Assembly: GCA_051362555.1 (NCBI GenBank)
Contig: CM120641.1
Span: 36,276,401 to 36,340,400 of the forward strand
DNA: 64,000 bases
Origin: Lingula anatina
Taxonomy: Eukaryota > Animalia > Brachiopoda
Direction: 5' to 3'
Shown: in pieces, positions 26,901 through 37,644 of the stretch
Position numbering within the stretch: the stretch's first letter is position 1
How the letters are laid out: every line of letters begins with the position of its first letter
Program-made: the position numbers and the translations under genes
The notes under the pieces: generated by a model
Told to the model about the DNA's origin: nothing
What the model saw: only the letters and a program-made list of their open reading frames with translations
Databases searched by the model: none

Positions 26901-28189
26901 CCAAGTCACAAGCAGCAATTTCGTTTAAAGGGTATAGGCATATGATCAATAGATGTTTGAATGCATTATTGTAGCAATTTTCAATAACTGTAAAATTTAA
27001 AATGGTTTCACTTCAAGAAAAGAGACCAAATTTTTGACCCCAAGGTGGTGACATCATACCCCCAAAGTGATCTGGGTGAATATCTAATTGGAAATTGGTG
27101 GTATAATACAGCAGGGCAGAGAAGTTTGAGTTGAATATAATCTTGTATGCATTGATTTCCTCTTCCCAAGAGGAGACAAATATGAAATTGATGATTCCTT
27201 TGATACAACTTAAACAACAATTATACTATTTTCCTTAAATGAATAAAAAGGTCTGGGTCTGTAATAGGAGGCCACTTGGCACACACAAACGAGAAAAAAA
27301 GTTAATCTATAAGGCATCTCTGGTTATGCATTGGTAGCAATTTAATCATCCAACGCCATCAATATTTCAGAAAGTTAAGTACATCTTGCACCAGGAATAT
27401 TGGGCAGTCTTAATTTATGAAAAAAGAAGGCTTTTAAAGAGCTTTTGTCTTGGCTGCATGCTGCAATTAAAATGATTTTTGCAGTTTATACAATGTAGTA
27501 TCAGGATGAATCATTTAATGTTGTACTCAGTGGCTGCAATCCATCCTTTTTATGTATGGAGAATTAACTGTCCTAAGTGCTTTGTGTAGTCCCAAAACAG
27601 AGCCAAGGTATATTTTCTCTCAGTATTGATACTATTTTGAAGAATAGAAACTGATTTAGATTGTGACTAAAGGTAATTTGATAATGCTTTAATAGTCATT
27701 CACTTGTAACTTTGCAGCTGTATGGGACAACACATTCCTTTGAAATTTGAAGTTTACAAGTTACATTGTGATAAAAAGAATTTATTTATCATTTATCATC
27801 GAAATCGATATTGATTTATAATTGAAGTTCATTGTCATCTCTTTCATAAAATAGATTTAAGTCATGCCTTAAATGCTTTTACAAGTTTCATTTTTGGTTA
27901 AAACCTTGCATATAGCATAGCAATTTGGTGATACAGAAATCTAATCATGAATTAGATTGGGGGTAATATGTTCTCCGTTACCACTGTATAAACAGACTTA
28001 TTGACCCCCTTCACCTGGTCACTGTTGTTTGATTTTAGTATTGTTTGTTTGACTTTTATTACACTCCTTTGTACTAGCTGTTTACAACATGCTTTAACTG
28101 GATTCAGTGTCAGAAACACCTGGGCCTGAGATTCTTAATTTTATGACTCTGGCACTTCCTTTAACCCTGCCCCCCCTTATTGAAATGTC

Positions 28190-28249
<60 letters not shown>
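28190..28249. repeat. (TA)n microsatellite
   Basis: Near-perfect TA dinucleotide run. Confidence 0.95.
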
Positions 28250-28251
<2 letters not shown>

Positions 28252-29358
28252 TTCATTTTATAGCCCAGGTTTGTCACAAATGTGGGAAATTATTCATAAT
28301 TAAACATTCCTTAGAAGATATCTTTTTAACAAAATGCAGTTATCACTGTTTACCCTTTGGATTGTTCTGCTCTTAGTATCCATTTTGGATCTATTCCATA
28401 ATTTCTTTTGTAATGAGAAATGGTATTGCAAGAAATTTTAATTTGCAATTCAAGTGGCCCGTATAGCCAAGGTAAAAGCATGCAACTTGACAAGTGGTAC
28501 AAAGTATAAAGTGGGTTGGTTTCTTGCTGTTAACAGCCCCAGTAAATTTTGCAACTAAACATGGTGAACTAAGAGCATACCAGATGAATCTATTTATCAA
28601 TCTTTAATAAACCAGCTTGGCTGATGTCGCCACATCTAAGGTGATGTACTTACGAAGTTTGTCTTCTCAAGGCTTTTTTGAAAGGCTGCAACATAAGTTA
28701 TACAGTTGCAAACTACATAATACATGTAGCAGCATGAAGTTTAAAAGACAGCATGGATAAGTAAGACGGTTCCATCAAAAGAAACATCAAGAAAAGAGCC
28801 CAATCAAGTTTTCTTAATTTAAATAGTTGTGAAAAAACGTTTCAGTTATAAAACAATAGCTTCTTCTACTTGCCTTGTCATGTAGCAGGGCCTGAGGGTA
28901 TTATTGCACAGGGCAATATTGTAGATTTAAAAAGAAGAGATGTTGTATCCTTTTTCAGACATCAAAGGGGAAGGAAATCGTGATTCAGTCTACAGTCATT
29001 TTGTTGTCTTTGTGGTAGTTTAGGTTATATATGTGCTAAGCAAGAACACTGGACAAAGTCTGTGGAAATTGTAGAAGGAGCCTTAGAAAACAATAGCTAT
29101 AAATCTTCTGTGAGGAGAAATAAACCAGAGGTCTTTTACAAAGGGATGTATCAGTTTTTTTTTTAGAAGTGATTGTTTGACTGGGAAAGATTCTTTTACT
29201 GATTATTGTGAGATGTTGCTTTAAAATGAGATGAGAAACTAATTGGTTCTCATTCATTTTTGATAGATCTAAAATTGGTCAGAATTTTCATCATAAAAAG
29301 CTACTTAGATAAATGTTGAATGGGTCAACCTTTTTAAAGCACCACTGTCTGTTCTTGT

Positions 29359-29470
29359 TGAATGAAGACTCAATTGGAATACCACAATCATTCATACCAA
29401 ATTTAATGAAGTTGGTATGAATGAAGACTCAATCAGAATACTAAGATCATTCATACCAACTTTGTTAAAT
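29359..29470. repeat. 59-bp tandem duplication with nested inverted repeats
   Basis: TGAATGAAGACTCAAT...TCATTCATACCAA at 29359 and 29418; TCATTCATACCAA (29388-29400) is the exact reverse complement of TTGGTATGAATGA (29412-29424). Confidence 0.8.
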
Positions 29471-32400
29471 GTCGAAGAATGTGCAAAAATCATGTGTTTG
29501 AAATCAAAAGGTGTTTGGAAATTTGCAGAAAAAGTGCAAATATTGAGCTAATTTGTAGTTCTTTGTATGTCAGTGTCAAAACAAGGTTGAAATCCTCCCT
29601 TTAACCCCATATATATGTCAGAATTTAATCCAGGATTTGTAAAAGTGGATTTGTCAAGTAGAGTGTAGAGCACAAGAGTAAATTTTAGGGGTCTTTAGCC
29701 AAAAATAGGTCTTTGTGACCTTTGCAGAAAGAATTGTGATTGATTACTGCTGTATGCTATGTTCTGTGTATGTCTTTAAAGGTGTAAAAGATGAAAAAAG
29801 TTAAAAAGTCATACTTGTTTACTTTATGCAATGATACCCAAGTCCACGATAATTTAAGCAAGGGATGGATGTAGTATTAATGAGAAGAAATTTAGTGAGT
29901 AACTTCTAGAAATACTTTTCTTGTATCAGTGATTTTGGTATATCATTATAGTCATGCATTTGCCATTCTGAGAAAAAAAACATTTAAATAAAAAAGTTAA
30001 CCTTTTTGTATCTGTAGAAGTGGATAAAATTTGATTCTGTGATATGATAAAAAGCTGAGGCTACAACTATGTTTTAAATATTCCAACATGTTTTTGTGAT
30101 GCTAATAAATCTCTGTGCTGGGTCCTGGCTCTGCGGCATATAATTCTGTAATTTTTCCAAAATATTGGAAAGAACATCAAAGGCAGGAACACCTGCCACA
30201 TCTGCCTATTCACATGTAGTAATCATTTCATGGCTTTTGGGTGCCTTTGTCTTTTGTGACTTTTTTGGGGGGATATTATACCCTGGTTTTGTTAACCATG
30301 CATTTCTTCTTCAAAATGACATACTGAAGGTGAAGGGTCACTAGCAGAAAGAATATGCCTTGTCCTCTCTGGGTTAACAATTTACTGGTGTCACCTTTGC
30401 TGTCACCAGAATGACACCAGTTACTTCCAAATATTAGGTGACATATTGTGTAATATCATATGTAAATAAAGCAATTACACTTGTTGACAACTTCTGACTG
30501 GTTTCCAAAGTCCAAAAACCAGTGAACATCTCTTGTGTTACAGCTGTCATGTAAACAATACTTTTAACATGACACAGGTGTCCCTGTTGGACAACATGGG
30601 GGGAAATGTCACATCTAAGATGAAATAAATGAATTGGAGCATTTTAATTGTCTAGAGTCAATTGTTAGACCATCATTATTTTTTTCACACTTTGAATATT
30701 AATTTATGATAGTGTAACACATATTAATATCAACATATTATTAAATATTACGTTAAGGAACTAATATTTAGTTGACTTTCTTAATTTTTTTGCTTCAGAG
30801 GTGGTCTGAAAGTGACAAAATACTGGTGTTCCCTGTAATATGATACCTGATATTGGAACAGTAGTTCAGATTCCTGGTTGAAACCCCCTCATCCTTCATC
30901 CATCCTGTTAAGTATTTTTTCATTGATCTAAAAGTCCATGGCAAATATCAAAAAGAAGTTAACTCTGGTTCCCACACTTTTCATCCAGAATGTTTTTTCT
31001 TCATTTTTTTCATTCAGTAGGTATAGGAAGATGCAATATGCTTATCTTCGCAATATGCCCAAATTCATATAATGAGTTTAGGCATAAGTGCAACAATGAG
31101 ATAGAGAGGGATGACTGCTAATTTGGCTGTATTTATGGGTAAATGAATCTTTTGTGTCTCATTCTTAGCAGTGATTATCTTCCTTCCCTCCAGCTGTCTA
31201 ATTAGGAGTGTTAAGGTTAGGACACCATGTGTAATCAAACTGCCTGAAGTATTCCTCAGAAATTAATACATTATTCATTCCCAGTGTAGGAGCTACTTTG
31301 TGTTGCGTGTTTTTGGTGCATTCTCAGTGCATGGAAAGAAGGGAGAATTCTGCAAAGAAACAGAAGTGATCAAGTTCAGTCTTCAAGTAGATATCAATGA
31401 AAACTTGTTAGGCAATACTTTTAATATAGAATGTTGATGGTAGATAGTTGAAAAGTGATGTTCTTTATGAGGCTTTAAATGTAAGGGAGTGTTCAGATTA
31501 TCTATTGGCACAAGCTGAATCAATCCAACTCTGCAGGAGAATCTCCCTTAGTGCAATCACTGTAATCAGCTGACTAGACTCCTCCAGTTGCTAGGGGTAA
31601 ATAACTAATTAACTAGCTACTCTGGAAGGTGTGTCAGACAATTAGGCTGAATGCTCTTTAGCATAGGTGGATCGATCCAGCTGGTACAATGTGTAAATCT
31701 AAGCGCAGTCTAACATTGAATACAAAGTATATATTAAAGTAAATAATTTTTTTTCATTTAAAAAACAGGAAAGAAGTTATGTGACAAGAAAAAAATCATG
31801 GTGACCCTTTTTAACTGAAAAAAATATTGTGGTGTATATATATGTGTGTGTGTGTGTGTGTTTTCTAAACATCAAAACAAAAAATTGGCCATTAGTGCAA
31901 AAGAGTTACATAGGAGAAAAAAAGAGAAAAAAGAAATGATAAAGATACATTGCCGAAAGATACCATATGACGTACAGAAACTGCCACAATATAATCCTTG
32001 TAAATATGGACAAACACTATCATGTGGTTTGGTGACATGTTACAAAAGTGACATACAATTATGTATAAGTCACTAACATGGCTGTCCTTTTTGCCTGGTG
32101 ACATTTTTTTTACATAGTGACACATGATGATTGTTTGAAAAACATGCAAATGCAATCATGTTGCTTGGGATAACTAATGGAAGAGATGCAATTATTGTCA
32201 GAAGACAGAAAACAGTCATTGATGAGAATTTTGTTGGGTGATATTTTATGACAGAAAGTGAAACAAAAGCACAAACATGTTCATGTTGTTTGTGGCATTT
32301 TATGAAGAAGAGTGACACATGAAAATGTCATAAAATAAATGGTGAACAAACTTTGATGGTCATTTTATTTGGTGACATTTTATGATGGGATTTCATTAGA

Positions 32401-33049
32401 TTTAGTAATCTGCATTTGTTTTAGTAGCAAAGATACCAACAAATCTGGCAGCAGACACAAACATTTACAAACAGGTGACAGAGAGTATAAAATCTACCCT
32501 TATCTTATTCCCTATCTGCCTGCCATTTCAGCTGAACAATTTTGTATGGACTGCAAAATTAGTTTTAGAAAGGAAAAAAATGTTATGTAGACAGTAGCAT
32601 TTCATTTTGACATGGAAAAAGTTTTGAAAAGTGCCAGACACAGGAAATGTTCCTGTACTGCCTAAATAATCCCCTCAATCTGCAATTTTGGCAATTACAG
32701 ACAGGCAGTAGACAATTTTACCAGTCTGAAAGCTTTCTCTGGCCATTTATGGCTATTAAGCTCATTTACTTGATAGTTTAGAAAGTGGTCTGGAATATTT
32801 CTTGAGATCTGGTAAAGGCATGAATAATGGTAGCAGGCAATAAGTGCATGGAGGAAACTCCTTAAGTTTGTTTCTTTTTGCAATCTGTGGATACCATTAT
32901 TTGTTTTTATGCAGCAGCCTGACTACCCTTCCTATGTGCTACTAATATAATGAACTGGTCCTTGATAAAGTGGTTTGCAATTAAGCCCAGCCCCTTTTGA
33001 GATAATAGCCTCATCTGCTGGCAAACAGACCTGTCACTCTTGGCATGAC

Positions 33050-33076
33050 CTGTCAATCAGAAAACTCTCAGCCAAT
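33050..33076 (+). promoter_or_regulatory. PBX-PREP/MEIS decamer plus CCAAT box; candidate proximal UNC5 promoter
   Basis: CTGTCAATCA (reverse complement TGATTGACAG) at 33050-33059, then 12 nt, then CCAAT (33072-33076) in an AGCCAATGAG context, about 290 nt upstream of the exon 1b ATG. Confidence 0.6.
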
Positions 33077-33359
33077 GAGATGCGAGTGGGATGCACTCTT
33101 AAGTGTGGTGACTTTTGAAGGTATTACCAGATGTTGACTTGAACATATACAAGTGAACCATTCAAGGTGGCCACAGTCACTTTTGCGACAGACTACATGG
33201 CAAAGTATATGGAGTTCTTATACATATAACATCAAATTTTGGGATGGATTAACACAGTGCCATTGGATTTAAAAGGGGAAAAACATGCCAAACAGTGCCA
33301 AAGATTCACCAAGTTCACAAAGTTTGTTGTACTGTTAACCTGGAATCTTCTTGGAAAGG

Positions 33360-33441
33360 ATGGATACCAGCAGATATATGCTTCTGTTTGGATTTAAGTT
33401 ATTTATTTCACTTGTACTAGTCTTTTTCGTGAGCCAGCAAG
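33360..33441 (+). CDS. UNC5: UNC5 alternative first coding exon 1b (second signal peptide)
   Basis: aggATGG strong start context, in-frame TAA upstream; MDTSRYMLLFGFKLFISLVLVFFVSQQ(G); AAG|GTAAAT phase-1 donor in frame with exon 2. Confidence 0.75.
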
Positions 33442-33918
33442 GTAAATGTCTTAATTTCTGTGTTAGAACATTTCACAGAGCTGTGTAAGTTGCTCTACCT
33501 ACCACTGATGTTGTTTTTAAGGGGCTTCAGGGTTAAAAGGCATACGTTAAGTGTTTATTCAGCCTGAAGATTAATGAATATACAAGTGTTAACACCAGCT
33601 TTCCTAACACTGCCCAAAAATAATGTTTAGTTAAGAAGAATTTATGTCTACAAGGGCATCAGTTTTTTCATAAGAATAAGTAATTTAGTCCAGACGTAGA
33701 TTAAAATACTTCTTTTAAATATAACTGAAATGTTAAAATGTATTTAAAAATGTTTTTTATTTAATATAATATTTTTTGATTGAAAGTAAAATGCCTTTAG
33801 GATTAATCTATAATAATAAATATATGTATTTCATAATTTCATGAAAAAGAATAGGTGAGACAAGCCTTGAAGAGAATATTAGATCTTGTTTAATAGTTTA
33901 AATAATATTGTTTTTTAG

Positions 33919-34311
33919 GAGAGGCTGTAGTAACCACAGGATCAAGTGATGTCAGGCATCCAATATTTCTCCAAGAACCAGAACCCCATAACTACATTGT
34001 GAAAAGTAAACCTGTAACTATTACTTGCCAAGCCATCAATGCAGTGGACATTACATTCAGATGTGCAGAAGAATGGGTGCCACTAAAACGCCATGTCCGA
34101 GCAGATTTCACGCATCCAGAGACTGGAGAAGCAGTTTTACAAGCTAGTGTGGAGGTGACTCGCCAAGCAGTCGAGGAATATTTTGGAATAGATGGTTACT
34201 GGTGTGAATGCAATGCATGGACAGAGATTCCGAGTCCTGATCGACCGTGGACAGGCGATAATCCTCCTCCCGCTCATGTGTCAAGCCGACGGGGGCTGGT
34301 CCAGGTTGCTT
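33919..34311 (+). CDS. UNC5: UNC5 exon 2, Ig domain 1
   Basis: ttttttAG / T|GTAAGT; 393 nt, phase 1-1; PIFLQEPEPHNYIVKSKPVTITCQA...VTRQAVEEYFGIDGYWCECNAW is the UNC5 Ig1 signature. Confidence 0.96.
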
Positions 34312-36587
34312 GTAAGTTTGTTACAAATACATGCATAGGTCAAGGTTTGCAGAAAATGGGGTCTGGGTCACTTGCATTCCTCTCTGGAGGGGAAAAAAAT
34401 TAAAAGGTAGAGATCTAAAAAAAAGGTGCTTGCCATTCGAAGAAAAATGACTTCATGCCAAGAAAGTCTGAAGCAATCTGAAATTAAGAATCAAGCTACA
34501 GACATCAGTGAAGCGCATCATTAGTTTATTTGTTACCATGGGCTGGCAGGGAGGGAGTTCTTGTAGCTACTAGTGCTTTAGTACAGGTCTGGCTTAAAAA
34601 AAAAGAAATTTCCACTGAAGGAAACAAATGTTGTTGTCAGCAGTTAGTATTTTCTACCCTTAATTTTCCGTCAATACATATGACTGCCAAATAAATAATT
34701 AAAGGAAAAAAGTAGCAGTTGAAAGATTGACTAGCTTAAATCCTTGTAATGATATATTTTGGGCATAAAATGAAGTATAATTAGGGAGATAATGACCTAT
34801 TCATAGGGGTAATTTATTTCAAAAGCTAAGCAGAGTCGTTTTCAGAACGAAAAAAAAAATGTTTAAAAAGGAGCCAAACAGAAATGGTTTAATGGTTCTC
34901 AATAAAATCAATTTGTGTCATTGCAAACATGCCAAGCAAATGTGAAGAAAACCAGTGACAGGGCCATAAAATGTGAGGAGCCCTTTTCACTCATCCACAT
35001 GCCATATTGCATGTGGGTGTCTCCTAAATAAATTAGTAATTGATTCTTTTCAAGTGTCTCAATCCCTGTTGTCTCAGTCTCCCTCTGTCTGAATGACCCG
35101 TAGTAATTAAGGACAAAGGAAGTTACGGGCAGTTGACAGCTGCTCTCCACCCTTCCTGATCCCTATCAGGTTATGTAGGCTACTACAGGAGACCTGAACC
35201 TCATTTAAATGTCTGCCTTATAGACATTACAGTCTTTGGCCTATGTCTTTCTAGAGACAGAGGGTCTCTCTCCCTCTCTGTCACTCCGAGATACAGACCC
35301 TCTAAAGTATTAGGCATGCCTGTGACTTGTATCTGAGACTGCTAACAGATTGTAATATGTCTATTATGAAGGGATTCAATACCCCACCTGTGGAGATAAG
35401 TGCTGCCATCACTGTGTGGAGCCAAGATGGGCTTTCTCAAATTCAATTTGCCCCAATTTTCTGTGGTCTTTAGGGAACTGTTATTCTGTCACGCTGGACA
35501 TTAGGGTGATTTCTTCATCAAACTTTAAAGGCTTAATTTTTCTGCTGGACATAATTTGCACCTAGTGATTGCATAAATGCTGTCCAAATATCCACAAAAT
35601 CCCGTTATTTGACTCTGTTCATAGTCACAGGAACAGTACCACATAGGTATAACTATTTGACAGAAACCGAAGTTTGGTAATAAAATTCAACATACATTGG
35701 ACTTAACAAAAGAAATTGTGAATAAATTTCATTTGTGACCTCTTTGTAAGGCATTATTAAAATCAATGCCCACATATTGTATATGTATATTTAATTTTCC
35801 TTTATGTTATTTAGAAATTTAATTCATTTTGTTCAATAGGGTCAATTTGAACATGAATGTGAAATTATAGGATATCACTTTTGATAAGGGAAATTGAATC
35901 AAACGTATTTGCCGCCAGTATAAGACAATGAAGGAAACTTTAACACGTGTTATTTGCACACTGGACAGTAGTATTTCAGTGACATGTTGTGAACCTTGTT
36001 TATCCCAAAGTTAAACTTTGCTCAATTGATCCGAGACAGTGCATGTTTGACAAAGCTGCACTTGAATTGAAATCCCGGGAGAGTTCACAGAACTTGCTAG
36101 ATGCTCAGAGAAAGTCATTTTCAAGTTATTGAAGCATTATTGACGATTGGCCTGCCATTGTTCTTTATCACAAATGGGCAGATTCAATAGTGCATAATTC
36201 ATAGCTTTATTAAATGCCTCAAAATGCCAATTCCATTAGAAGACACATGCTTCATTAAAGTCTATCTAACTTTGTTGATGCTCATAACTTAATATGATTA
36301 AATTACGTGTGAGTTCATATAAACCTCCGTGCAGCATAAAAGGTGTCTTGCTAAACATCTTTTGTGTGAAAATATTGCAACTAATGAAACGTGGGTGATT
36401 TTAATGTAGCAACACAGAAAATCGTCTGGATTAAGAGGGTTGAGAAAAAGGGTATTTGTGTTGAAAGTAATGACCAAGAAGCATGTTGGCCCGAGGGTCC
36501 CATTCATGATTACATTCAGGTGGACACTGTCCAGGGGTAGATAAAGGTGAACTGACCACTATTATATCATGAGTCTTTGTCACTGTC

Positions 36588-36830
36588 AGCTTATCTTATC
36601 CTGTTGGACTGAGGCTTCCCAGCTTAAACCCATATGGCCCTAGAAGAGAGACATCTCCCAAAAGATCTAAGGTGCACTGAAAAATTAAAGCCTTGTCAGG
36701 ATCACCAAGCATTATATTTGCATTTTGAAAATGCCTACTGTCACATCAGGGGAAGCTTATCTTGTCCTTGTCTGTTTAAAACATCAAGCATAAAACCCAT
36801 ATGGCCCACCACTTGAGACATCTCGCTACA
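36588..36830. repeat. degenerate tandem duplication, period about 166-167 bp
   Basis: AGCTTATCTT at 36588 and 36754; AAACCCATATGGCCC at 36626 and 36793, each followed by GAGACATCTC...AGATCT. Confidence 0.65.
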
Positions 36831-37540
36831 GATCTCACCTGAACTTTAGCTTTTACGGGTTTGTGTATGACCAGATATTACATTTAATGCGTCACTAGTA
36901 CACTTTGAATCAGCAGCAGTAATTTTCCACAAATGATCTAAATGTTTTTTACACCTGCCGTAAATTTTCCCATGAAAGAGGAAATAATCTCTCTCAGAAA
37001 AGGTTCAAATCCCTAGGCTGTACTTGAGAATATCGTAGATGTGACTTGGCCAGTCTGTGCTGAATTAACAACAAGTTCACCAATTAGCAGTTAATTGTGT
37101 AGAGCTTATAAGATAAAGCGACACAATGAATTGGGATAGTCACATAAAAAAGAAATATTGTCTATTAATTTGGCGGCAGTCTTATCAATGTAGATTTAGT
37201 TCTTTACTAGTGGGCCTTATTGTATCAATTCCAGCATCAGTTAGAAATTGTCATGACAGGTGAAAGGATGATTCACCATTGTTTTTACCTAATGTCAAAA
37301 GATGAAAAGTGATTTTGATTAATGCATATTTCAGCAATTAAATATTTTTATAAGAAACATTTTTGTCAACTTGTATGTTTTCATTATATATTTGATACAG
37401 TGAATCCTATTAGATTGCTATTTGATGTTTAAAGAAATAAGTAATTTTTTTTGCATTTATTATTGTGATAATTAGCTAAGTAGTAAAACTTAAATATACA
37501 CAAAAACATGCATTAATGTCATTAATTCATTTCCTTTCAG

Positions 37541-37644
37541 TCATACGTAAAAGATTTGAACGAGAACCAATAAGCACAAGTGTGGAGTTGGAGAAGCCAG
37601 TGCAACTTCACTGTTTGCCCCCCACTGGTGTCCCACCACCTGAG
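37541..37644 (+). CDS. UNC5: UNC5 exon 3, Ig2 N-part
   Basis: tttcAG / GAG|GTAAGA; 104 nt, phase 1-0; FIRKRFEREPISTSVELEKPVQLHCLPPTGVPPPE. Confidence 0.96.
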
